Below, piece by piece: positions 6,151 to 14,316 of a DNA stretch of 28,326 nucleotides. A program made the position numbers and the translations under genes. Numbering within the stretch: position 1 is the stretch's first letter; every line of letters starts with the position of its first letter. The stretch is from Acidimicrobiales bacterium (GTDB lineage: Bacteria > Actinomycetota > Acidimicrobiia > Acidimicrobiales > CADCTF01): contig JBKJLU010000197.1 in the NCBI GenBank assembly GCA_046596815.1, positions 1-28,326 of the forward strand. Reading direction: 5' to 3'. A model generated the notes under the pieces. The model was not told where the DNA came from, made no database searches, and saw only the letters and a list, made by a program, of their open reading frames with translations.

Positions 6151-8811
6151 ATGAACTCCGAGCTGGCGCGAACAACCGTCGCCATCGTCCCGCACACCCA
6201 CTGGGACCGGGAGTGGTACGCCCCGTTCCAGACGTTCCGACTGCGGCTGGTCGACCTCCTCGACGAGTTTCTCCCGGCGCTCGAGGACGACCTGTCCTAC
6301 GCCCGCTTCCTGCTCGACGGGCAGATGGCCGTCGTCGACGACTACCTCGAGGTGCGACCCGAGGCCGAGGCGATGCTGCGACGCCTCGCGGCCACCGGGC
6401 GGGTGGCCATGGGGCCTTGGTACACGCTGCCCGATGAGTTCCTGGTCTCGGGCGAGACCCACATCCGCAATCTCCAGCTCGGGCTCGAGCGGGCGGCGGC
6501 GTTCGGTGGCGCCATGGACGTGGGCTACCTGCCCGACATGTTCGGCCACGTCGCCCAGATGCCACAGATCCTGAGCCAGTTCGGGTTCGGGCACACCGTC
6601 TTGTGGCGAGGCGTCCCGGCGGCCGTCGACCGCACCGCCTTCCATTGGAGCGCTCCCGACGGCACCACCATCCGGGCGCAGTACCTCGCACGTGGCGGTT
6701 ACGGCAACGGCGCCGCCATCCCCGATGACGCCAAAGCCCTCGTCCGGCGTATCGCCGCCCACGAACGCGAGCTGGGCGACATGCTCGTCGGCGGCATCCT
6801 CTTCATGAACGGCACCGACCATCAGGTGCCGCAGGCCTGGCTGGGCAGGGTCGTCGCCGAGGCCAACGAGATCCAGGACGACTACCACTTCGTGGTCACG
6901 TCGCTGGCCGAGTATCTCAACGGTCCGGCCGCCGCCACCGAGGGTCTGGCGGCGTGGACCGGCGAGTTACGCTCGGGTGCCCGGGCCAACCTGCTCATGG
7001 GCGTGGGCTCGAATCGGGTCGACACCAAACAGCTGGCGGCGCGGGCCGAGCGGGCGCTCGAGCGGATGGCCCAGCCGCTGTGCGCACTCTTCCTTCCTTC
7101 CGATGCATGGCCGTCGTCGTTGCTCGACCTCGCGTGGCGCGAGGTCATTCGCAACGCCGCCCACGACTCGATCTGTGCGTGCTCGCACGACGAGGTCGTC
7201 GACGCCGTGAACCACCGGTATGCCGAGGCCAGGCAGATCGCCGACGGGCTCGGTGATCGGGCGCTTCGAGCGCTCGGCCGATCGATGGTCGACGCCGGGC
7301 CGGTGATCGTCAACCCCAGCGCCGTTCCACGGAGCGGCCTGGTCGAGGTCGTCATCGACGACGACACGCCCCTGGCCGGGACACAGGTCTTACGAGCTCG
7401 GCCGGCAGGCCCGACGGAGAGCCGCCGCATGCGTCCATCGGACGTGGCCTCGCTGCTCGGCCAGATCCGGGGCCAACGCTTCAGCGACAACTTCTTCGTG
7501 ACCTCGCTGTCCGTCGAAGATCGCGAAGACGGGCCCGAAGTGGTCTTCCATCTCGACACCAAGCCGGCCGTCGACGCCAACGTCGAGGAGACCCGACGAG
7601 AGTTGTACGCGGTGCTGGGTTCGTCCGAGCACGAGTGGTTCCACGTGCGTATGCATCGCCCGCCGATGCAACGTCTCCTGGCACGCGTCGAAGACGTCGC
7701 CGGGTACGGCTGGCAGGCCTGGTCGGCCGACGCAGCGGCGACCTCCCATCCCGTGGTCGTGTCCGACGACGGACTGGCGATGGGCAACGGGCGGGCCGTC
7801 CTCTCCATCGATCCGGATTCGGGGACGTTCACCCTCGACGGGGTCGCCGGGATGGGCCGACTCGTCGACGACGGCGAGGCCGGCGACACCTACAACTACT
7901 GCCCGCCGACGACCGACTCGGTCATCGACACCCCGACCGCCGTCGATGTCGTGGTGATCGAGCGCGGTCCCGTCCGCGGCATCGTCGCCGTCGACCGGAC
8001 GTATGTGTGGCCCGAGCGGGTCGATGACTCCACTGGCACCCGCGTCGGCGAACGAACGGTCGTGGTGCGCAGCCTGCTCGAGCTGCATGCGGGCGAGCGA
8101 CTCGTGCGCGTCACCACCAGTTTCGACAACCACGTGCGCGATCACCGCCTGCGGGCATGGTTCCCTCTCGGCGAGCGCGTCGACGCCAGCCGGGCCGAGT
8201 GCGCCTTCGCCGTCGTCGAGCGCGGGCTCTCCGCCGAGGGAGGCCCCAGCGAAGCTCCTCTGCCGACCTTTCCCTCGCGCCGGTTCGTTTCCGCGGGCAC
8301 GGTCACCGTGCTCCACGAAGGCCTGCTCGAGTACGAACTCGTCGACGGCGGCGCGGCGTTGGCCTTGACGCTGGTGCGGGCCAACGGCTGGCTCTCCCGG
8401 GGCCCGATGGCCACCCGTCCCGAGCCTGCCGGGCCGGTCGTGCCTCTGGAAGGACCGCAACTGCAGCGCCGGCTCGAGGTGCGCTACGCCGTGCAGGTCG
8501 GCCCGGCGGACCCCTATCGGCTCGTCGACGAGGCCTTCGTTCCCCTGGCCGTCGTCGTCGCTCCCGGCGGCGGGTCTCGTCCCTCGACGGGTCAAGAGCT
8601 GTCGATCGAGGGGGCCGAGGTGTCGGCCCTGCGTCGGGCCCCCGGCGGACTCGAGGTGCGGGTGTTCAATCCGACGAACGACGAGGCGACGGTGCGAACG
8701 GCCGGCCGCCGAGGGTGGCTCGTCGATCTCCGGGGCCGGCCGATCGAACCCTTCGAGGGTTCGTTCGCATTGCGCCCCTGGCAGATCGCAACGGCCCGCC
8801 TCGACGACTGA
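6151..8811 (+). CDS. Glycoside hydrolase family 38 alpha-mannosidase (MngB-like)
   Basis: Zn-binding PHTHWDREWY, LLDGQ, GPWYTLPDEFLVSGE, nucleophile region GYLPDMFGH, AHDSICACS. TACGCT lies 6 nt before the ATG, suggesting a leaderless transcript. Confidence 0.93.
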   Translation: MNSELARTTVAIVPHTHWDREWYAPFQTFRLRLVDLLDEFLPALEDDLSYARFLLDGQMAVVDDYLEVRPEAEAMLRRLAATGRVAMGPWYTLPDEFLVSGETHIRNLQLGLERAAAFGGAMDVGYLPDMFGHVAQMPQILSQFGFGHTVLWRGVPAAVDRTAFHWSAPDGTTIRAQYLARGGYGNGAAIPDDAKALVRRIAAHERELGDMLVGGILFMNGTDHQVPQAWLGRVVAEANEIQDDYHFVVTSLAEYLNGPAAATEGLAAWTGELRSGARANLLMGVGSNRVDTKQLAARAERALERMAQPLCALFLPSDAWPSSLLDLAWREVIRNAAHDSICACSHDEVVDAVNHRYAEARQIADGLGDRALRALGRSMVDAGPVIVNPSAVPRSGLVEVVIDDDTPLAGTQVLRARPAGPTESRRMRPSDVASLLGQIRGQRFSDNFFVTSLSVEDREDGPEVVFHLDTKPAVDANVEETRRELYAVLGSSEHEWFHVRMHRPPMQRLLARVEDVAGYGWQAWSADAAATSHPVVVSDDGLAMGNGRAVLSIDPDSGTFTLDGVAGMGRLVDDGEAGDTYNYCPPTTDSVIDTPTAVDVVVIERGPVRGIVAVDRTYVWPERVDDSTGTRVGERTVVVRSLLELHAGERLVRVTTSFDNHVRDHRLRAWFPLGERVDASRAECAFAVVERGLSAEGGPSEAPLPTFPSRRFVSAGTVTVLHEGLLEYELVDGGAALALTLVRANGWLSRGPMATRPEPAGPVVPLEGPQLQRRLEVRYAVQVGPADPYRLVDEAFVPLAVVVAPGGGSRPSTGQELSIEGAEVSALRRAPGGLEVRVFNPTNDEATVRTAGRRGWLVDLRGRPIEPFEGSFALRPWQIATARLDD

Positions 8812-8835
8812 ACAGCTACCGAACGAACTGCATCG

Positions 8836-9456
8836 TCAGCGAACGATCAGGCCGCCGAACACGGCCAGGAACCAGACGAGGATGGCCAGCCCGGGCAGCA
8901 GCACGAGCACAGCCAGGAGGACGAACTTCCGGCTGATGCCGGTCTTCGACGCCGCCGAGCTCGATGTCGTCGACGGTGCCGCTCGGGTCACGCCGTGGTC
9001 GGATTTTTTGGTGAGCAGCTTCTCCATGCGGTCGATGCCCGGGTCGAGGGGCTTCTCCGAATTCGGCGCCAGGTCGGGACGCAACCGAAAGATCGTTTCC
9101 ACCAGCCTTTCGAACGGATCGAGTTTGCCCACGACGGCGTGCGCCCCGACCCGCTCGGCCTCATTCCTCGTCGCCAGGCCGGCTTCCGCCGTGTAGATCA
9201 CGATGGCGGTTGCCGGAGCGGCCTCGATGATCTGGGGCACGGCTTCGAGGCCGTTCATCACGGGCATGGCGGCATCGACGATGGCGATGTCCGGCCGGTG
9301 GGTTTCGCACAGATCGATGGCTTCTCGTCCGTCGGCGCCCTCGGCGACGACATCGAAGTTCCCGTGCCGGCGCAGGCGGAGCGCAAGGAGTTCACGCACG
9401 TCTTGTTGATCATCGACGACGACGACGCGCACGCGTTGAGATTGCATAACGGACAT
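8836..9456 (-). CDS. Response-regulator receiver-domain protein with C-terminal transmembrane anchor and no DNA-binding output domain
   Basis: Receiver motifs VVVVDDQQDVRELL, DIAIVDAAMPVMNG (phosphoacceptor Asp), IVIYTA, VVGK. A low-complexity linker precedes the hydrophobic tail FVLLAVLVLLPGLAILVWFLAVFGGLIVR. Start is GTG 9480, ATG 9456 or ATG 9447. Confidence 0.85.
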   Translation of the reverse strand: MSVMQSQRVRVVVVDDQQDVRELLALRLRRHGNFDVVAEGADGREAIDLCETHRPDIAIVDAAMPVMNGLEAVPQIIEAAPATAIVIYTAEAGLATRNEAERVGAHAVVGKLDPFERLVETIFRLRPDLAPNSEKPLDPGIDRMEKLLTKKSDHGVTRAAPSTTSSSAASKTGISRKFVLLAVLVLLPGLAILVWFLAVFGGLIVR

Positions 9457-9498
9457 CAAGTCTGCCCGTTCTGTCCGCACCGGTCGGTCATGCGTCCC

Positions 9499-10575
9499 TC
9501 ATCCGAGCGAGGGATGTCCACGCCGGCAGCGCCAGAGGCGCACCCGGCCGATGTCCTTCAGGGTGCGGGCGCGGAGCCCCCGAAAGGCGTAACGACCGTC
9601 GTCGATGAGGGCGTCGTGCACGGTCTCGGACACCACGACGGCGCCAGGGATGGCGATGTTCACCGTCCGGCTGGCCAGGTTGACGACGGGCCCGTAGTAA
9701 TCGCCCTCGCGTGCGAGCACCTCACCGGCCGCCAGGCCGACCCGCACATCGGAGAGCAACTCGTCGTCGGCATAGGCCTCCGAGAGCGACAACGCCGTCT
9801 CGACGGCCGCGCCGATGTCCTCGACCACGAACATCACCTCGTCGCCGATCATCTTGGCCACGCGCCCTCCGTGAATGGCCACCTGATCGAAGGCGAGGGT
9901 CTCGAATCGGCTGACCACCTCGGCCAACTCGACGTCGGAGATCTGCTGGCTCAGCGCGGTGTAGCCCACCAGGTCGGCGAAGCCCACGGCGAGCTGGACG
10001 GTCGGGCGACCCGATCGGTCGTCGGCCATCAACGCCCGACGACTGGCGGCCTGCAGGTGGCGACGCCACACGTAGTCGAGCAACCGTGACTGGGTTTCGA
10101 GCGTTCTGTCGGCCGACATCGTGAAGAGGTCCCGCTCGAGGGGACGACCCTGTCGTGCCCGCTGATCACTGCTGCGCACCATGGCCTCGGCGATCCGGGC
10201 GAGCGACGATCCGATCACCCGAGTCAATTGCATCGAGACGTCCACGCTGGTGAAGCCCATCGTGAGCATGGCGTTCACCGTTGCGAGGGCCTCGACGTCG
10301 GCGTCATTGAACATGCGGTCGTCGTCGCCGACGTCCGGGAATCCCAGCGCCCGCCAATAACGCTGGGCGAGCGTTCGATCGATGCCGACCGACTCCGAGA
10401 GTTCCGCGGGGGTGTACAAGCCCGGACCCGGGAGTGCGGCTGCAGCCACGGCCAGAAGACTCTCGAGGCCGTTGTCGCGGGCACGACGGATCTCATCGGC
10501 GGCGACGCCCCATTCGACGAGGCGGGCATCGGCCTCGTTGCGCAGGACTTGCTCGTCGTCCCCGGGCGAGCTCAG
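9499..10575 (-). CDS. Class III adenylate cyclase with N-terminal regulatory domain (Rv1264/Rv2212-like architecture)
   Basis: Motifs VGFADLVGYT, KMIGDEVM (Lys for ATP specificity), DYYGPVVNLASR; the canonical catalytic residues are present. First canonical start is GTG 10449; the proposed start is CTG 10575, overlapping the upstream stop. Confidence 0.92.
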   Translation of the reverse strand: MSSPGDDEQVLRNEADARLVEWGVAADEIRRARDNGLESLLAVAAAALPGPGLYTPAELSESVGIDRTLAQRYWRALGFPDVGDDDRMFNDADVEALATVNAMLTMGFTSVDVSMQLTRVIGSSLARIAEAMVRSSDQRARQGRPLERDLFTMSADRTLETQSRLLDYVWRRHLQAASRRALMADDRSGRPTVQLAVGFADLVGYTALSQQISDVELAEVVSRFETLAFDQVAIHGGRVAKMIGDEVMFVVEDIGAAVETALSLSEAYADDELLSDVRVGLAAGEVLAREGDYYGPVVNLASRTVNIAIPGAVVVSETVHDALIDDGRYAFRGLRARTLKDIGRVRLWRCRRGHPSLG

Positions 10576-12674
10576 GTGAACGATCCTTCGCTCGCCGGTG
10601 GGCGCAATCCTGGCGCGGGCGCAAGGAGCGCCTCACCCTTGGACTCCGCCGTCGACCAGTCCGGATCGAGCCCGGGCGCCGTGAGCCGCAGCGGCGCCTC
10701 GACGAGACGCTGCTTGAGGTCCCAGAGCAGGGCCGGGCGATCGTCGTGCCAACGCACGGCAAAGGAAAGCGTTCCCAGATGGGTGGGCGCGTCGTGCACT
10801 TCGAGGTTCTGGCCACGCCAGGCCTCGGGGAGCAGCGAGCACATGGCCAGCGTGCCGTCGTCGGTTTCCCGCACGAGCAGGTTGCGAACCAGTCGGAGGA
10901 AGGCAGAGGCCGCCGGACCGTGGTGGCCGTCTCCTCCACACCCGCCGCCCGAACCCGGATGGATGGCCTCCGGCCACGTGAAGGTCTCGGTCGCTGACTC
11001 GACGAGCCAGACCAGACGGTCGAGGCATCGACGATCGCCGGACGCCAATTCGACCTCCGCCAGCTGCACGGTGAGCGACGGGTCGAGCCCGGGCTCGCCG
11101 CCCTGGGGTCGGTACACGGCCGATCCGACACACGACCGCTCCCGTATGGCGTCCGCCGACGCCACCACGAAGGGATGGTCGGCGGCCAGCAACCGCAACG
11201 GCGCGTACGCCATCAGGTTGTCCAGCGTCACGGTGTCGATCCGACCCGTCGGTCCCGCAGGCATCAACCGCGCCCCGAGCTGCTCGACCGCCCGCGTCAT
11301 CGACGGTTCGAGACCGGCGCGGCGACGATCCGCCCACACCGCACACTCGGCCGCGAGGCGGTCTTCGCCCAATGCCCCCAGCAGTGCAGCGGCGTCGAGC
11401 AGTCCCCGAAGCGACCAGAAGTCCTCGGCCCTCCGGCGGCGGCGCTCGATCCATCGGGCGCTGCGTATGACGGCGTCGGCGTCGATGGCCTCGAGCGATC
11501 CGGTGAGGCGCCAGTGTTGGGCCATCGTGAAGAGCGCCGCCCCCGACGCGCTGGCGTCGCCGCGGTGATCGAGGAAGCGCCCGTCGACCCGCAGACGGGA
11601 AGGGAATCGGCGCACGACCTCGGCGCTCTCGGCGTGGAAGCCGAAAAGATCGAGCGCTCCGAGTTCGGCCGCCGCATCGCGAAACGAGAACGCCGCGGAA
11701 GTCACGGGCTCGGTCACCGACTCGTCTCCCGGGTGCAACGCCAGGAGGTAGCGGCGATTGGCTTCAATGGCCAAGGCCAACCGACCCTCGGGCAGCACGA
11801 GCCGCAGACCGCGTGACGACGTCTGCGCCTGCCAGGCGCGAACGACGTCGTCACTCGACGGGACGTCGTCGAGTGGCACGGCTTCGGGACCATCGACGCG
11901 GCGGTCGGGTCGTCGCCGCCGAGAGCCGGTGCCGCGTTCGAGAGGGACACCGACCCGCAATGTCGCCGTGTGGGCCAGCGGAAACACGAACGCCGCCGTT
12001 GCCAAGCCCGAGGGGCAACGCAGATCGGAAGGAAAGTCGCCCCCCGTGTCCTCGGCGACGACACGACGAGCCACGTCCCCATCAACGAGGGTCGATGCCA
12101 CTGCGCCCTGTGGACGCTTCGGAAGCAGCAACGCCGAATGGCCGTCGACGCTCACGGTGTGCTCGTGCAGCTCCACGTGCTCGACGACGGCCAGACCCTC
12201 GGGGTTGTAGGGCCGGATGCTCAGCACCACGGCGATGGGCGTGGTCGTTCGGTTGGTGATCTCGGCGATGGCCATGGGCCGGGGCGAGGGCACGGCATAC
12301 ACGCGATGGACGGCGTCGCCGCCCCGAATGCGCATCGTCGTCTCGACCACCGGGGTTTCGTCCACGAGCTGTTGGCGAACCGCTGCCTCTCGAGACGGGA
12401 AGTGCCACCGATCCTCGCCGAGGATCCACCAGTCGAGTGACCAGCCCCCCTTCCAGGGCGTGAGCAACCCGCGCGGGTCGACGATGCCTCGGTGGGACGA
12501 TGCCACGGTCCCGACCGCAGTCCAGTTGCGGAGGGTGACGTTGTCCGGCGTTGCTGACGATCGCCCATACGGAACATACGTCGGGGACTGAGGGTCGAGC
12601 TGACGCTCGAGCCAGTGAGGCCAGATCCAGTCGGTTCCCAACTGACGACCGGATCGTCGGGTCTTCGGCCTCAC
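10572..12674 (-). CDS. Conserved hypothetical protein, probable (alpha/alpha)6 six-hairpin glycosidase-like fold
   Basis: 700 aa, with a GTGA overlap with the gpsA stop. Trp-rich N-terminal domain (DWIWPHWLERQLDP, RNWTAVG, WSLDWW), helical core (FRDAA, DFWSLRGL, TWPEAIHP...GDGHH) and a C-terminal beta region (LEVHDAPTHLGTLSFAVRW). The fold is inferred by recall, not searched. Confidence 0.7.
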   Translation of the reverse strand: MRPKTRRSGRQLGTDWIWPHWLERQLDPQSPTYVPYGRSSATPDNVTLRNWTAVGTVASSHRGIVDPRGLLTPWKGGWSLDWWILGEDRWHFPSREAAVRQQLVDETPVVETTMRIRGGDAVHRVYAVPSPRPMAIAEITNRTTTPIAVVLSIRPYNPEGLAVVEHVELHEHTVSVDGHSALLLPKRPQGAVASTLVDGDVARRVVAEDTGGDFPSDLRCPSGLATAAFVFPLAHTATLRVGVPLERGTGSRRRRPDRRVDGPEAVPLDDVPSSDDVVRAWQAQTSSRGLRLVLPEGRLALAIEANRRYLLALHPGDESVTEPVTSAAFSFRDAAAELGALDLFGFHAESAEVVRRFPSRLRVDGRFLDHRGDASASGAALFTMAQHWRLTGSLEAIDADAVIRSARWIERRRRRAEDFWSLRGLLDAAALLGALGEDRLAAECAVWADRRRAGLEPSMTRAVEQLGARLMPAGPTGRIDTVTLDNLMAYAPLRLLAADHPFVVASADAIRERSCVGSAVYRPQGGEPGLDPSLTVQLAEVELASGDRRCLDRLVWLVESATETFTWPEAIHPGSGGGCGGDGHHGPAASAFLRLVRNLLVRETDDGTLAMCSLLPEAWRGQNLEVHDAPTHLGTLSFAVRWHDDRPALLWDLKQRLVEAPLRLTAPGLDPDWSTAESKGEALLAPAPGLRPPASEGSFT

Positions 12675-13684
12675 CGACCCGGGTCCGCGATGCCGTGCAA
12701 CTCGGCCCTCGATTCGCGCTGCATCAGCGCAGAGATCACGTCCGCAGCCCGCTTGCCCTCATAGAGCACGGCGACCACCTGCTCGGCAATCGGCATCTCT
12801 ATGCCGTGGGTGCGGGCCAGGTCGACGACGGCTCGCGACGTCTTGACGCCTTCCGCCACCATGTTCATCTCGGTGGTGATCTCTTCGATCGTCCGGCCCC
12901 GGCCGAGTTCCTCGCCGACGTGACGATTGCGGCTCTGGCGACTGATGCAGGTGGCCACGAGATCGCCCATCCCGGCCAGACCAGAGAACGTCATCGGCTG
13001 GCCGCCGAGGGCGACGCCGAGGCGGGTGAGCTCGGCGAGGCCTCGGGTGATGAGGGCGGCCCGTGTGTTGTCCCCGAAGCCCATGCCGTCCGCCATACCC
13101 GACGCGATCGCCATGACGTTCTTGAGCGCGCCCGCCACCTCACATCCGACGACATCGGGGTTGGTGTACACCCGGAGGACATCCGTGCTGAACAGACGTT
13201 GAAGGTCGGTGCACACCCTCTCATCGGCCAGGGCAACGACGGTGGCGGCGGGGTACCCGGCCAGGATCTCCTTCGCCAGATTCGGGCCGGTCAGCACGCC
13301 GGCGGCGCACGACGGGAGCAGCTCGCTGATCACTTCCGTCATTCGCTTCAGCGACTGCTGCTCGACGCCTTTGGTCAGGCTGATGACCGGCACTCCCGGT
13401 GTGACGAACAGAGCGGCCTCGGCCAACACCTCGCGGAAACCGTGAGACGGCACCCCCATGACGATGACCTCAGCGTCGTGCACCGCTTCTTCGAGTGACG
13501 AAGTCGCCCGCAACGTCTTCGGCAACTCCACGTCTGGGAGGTAGCGGGTGTTGCGATGGTCGACATCGATGTCGTGCGCGAGTTCGGAACTCCGCGCCCA
13601 GAGCCACGTGGGGGCGTTCTGCGCGGCGATGGACGCCACGGCGGTTCCCCACGAGCCTGCACCGATCACAGCGACCTTGGTCAT
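12671..13684 (-). CDS. gpsA: NAD(P)H-dependent glycerol-3-phosphate dehydrogenase
   Basis: MTKVAVIGAGSWGTA Rossmann motif; SLTKG, GPNLAKE, GALKNVMAIASG, GDNTRAALITRGLAE, GDLVATC, SRNR, VAEGV. Confidence 0.97.
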   Translation of the reverse strand: MTKVAVIGAGSWGTAVASIAAQNAPTWLWARSSELAHDIDVDHRNTRYLPDVELPKTLRATSSLEEAVHDAEVIVMGVPSHGFREVLAEAALFVTPGVPVISLTKGVEQQSLKRMTEVISELLPSCAAGVLTGPNLAKEILAGYPAATVVALADERVCTDLQRLFSTDVLRVYTNPDVVGCEVAGALKNVMAIASGMADGMGFGDNTRAALITRGLAELTRLGVALGGQPMTFSGLAGMGDLVATCISRQSRNRHVGEELGRGRTIEEITTEMNMVAEGVKTSRAVVDLARTHGIEMPIAEQVVAVLYEGKRAADVISALMQRESRAELHGIADPGR

Positions 13685-13727
13685 CGAGCTCAGGTTAGTG
13701 ACCGGCACCGCTCGTAGACTCGTTGCC
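13685..13727. promoter_or_regulatory. Divergent leaderless promoters for gpsA and cofC
   Basis: Minus strand: TAACCT (13697-13692) 7 nt before the gpsA ATG. Plus strand: TAGACT (13715-13720) 7 nt before the cofC GTG. Both match the actinobacterial TANNNT -10 consensus and no SD is visible. Confidence 0.65.
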
Positions 13728-14303
13728 GTGGGAAACGCGAAAGCCGCCGCCGTGCTCGTGCCGGTCAAGGCGTTCGCAGACGCGAAGTTGCGTTTGGCGC
13801 CCGCGCTCTCCCCGTCTGAGCGGGCGGCGCTCGCGCAGTCGATGGCCGAGCGCCTGATCGCCGCTGCGACTCCGATTCCTGTCGCCGTCACCTGTGAGGA
13901 CCGTGGGGTCGCAGCCTGGGCCGAAGGTCTGGGGGCGAGGGTCGTGTGGACGCCAGGTACCGGATTGAACGGTGCCGTGCAGATGGGATTCCGCGAGCTC
14001 GTCGACGACGGCTACGACCTCGTGATCGTGGCCCATGCTGACCTCCCCCACGCCCAGCGACTTGAACGCGTCGTCGACTTCGACTCCATCACGATCGTTC
14101 CCGACCGACGCGACGACGGCACCAATGTGCTCGCCCTCCCGGCAAACGTCCCCGACTTCAGGTTCTCCTACGGTCCCGCGTCGTTCGCCCGTCATCTGGA
14201 GGAAGCATCGAGAACCGGTGGCCGCGTCCGCGTGCTCAGACTCCCGGACCTGCAGTGGGACGTCGACACCCCCGACGATTTGCCGTTACCTGCCAGCACC
14301 TGA
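13728..14303 (+). CDS. cofC: 2-phospho-L-lactate/phosphoenolpyruvate guanylyltransferase (F420 biosynthesis, CofC/FbiD)
   Basis: Motifs VLVPVKAFADAKLRLA, GLNGAV, VIVAHADLP, IVPDRRDDGTNVL, FSYGPASFARH, DVDTPDDL. The divergent position next to gpsA matches the mycobacterial gpdA2/fbiD arrangement. Confidence 0.93.
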   Translation: MGNAKAAAVLVPVKAFADAKLRLAPALSPSERAALAQSMAERLIAAATPIPVAVTCEDRGVAAWAEGLGARVVWTPGTGLNGAVQMGFRELVDDGYDLVIVAHADLPHAQRLERVVDFDSITIVPDRRDDGTNVLALPANVPDFRFSYGPASFARHLEEASRTGGRVRVLRLPDLQWDVDTPDDLPLPAST

Positions 14304-14316
14304 ACGGAAGCCGACC

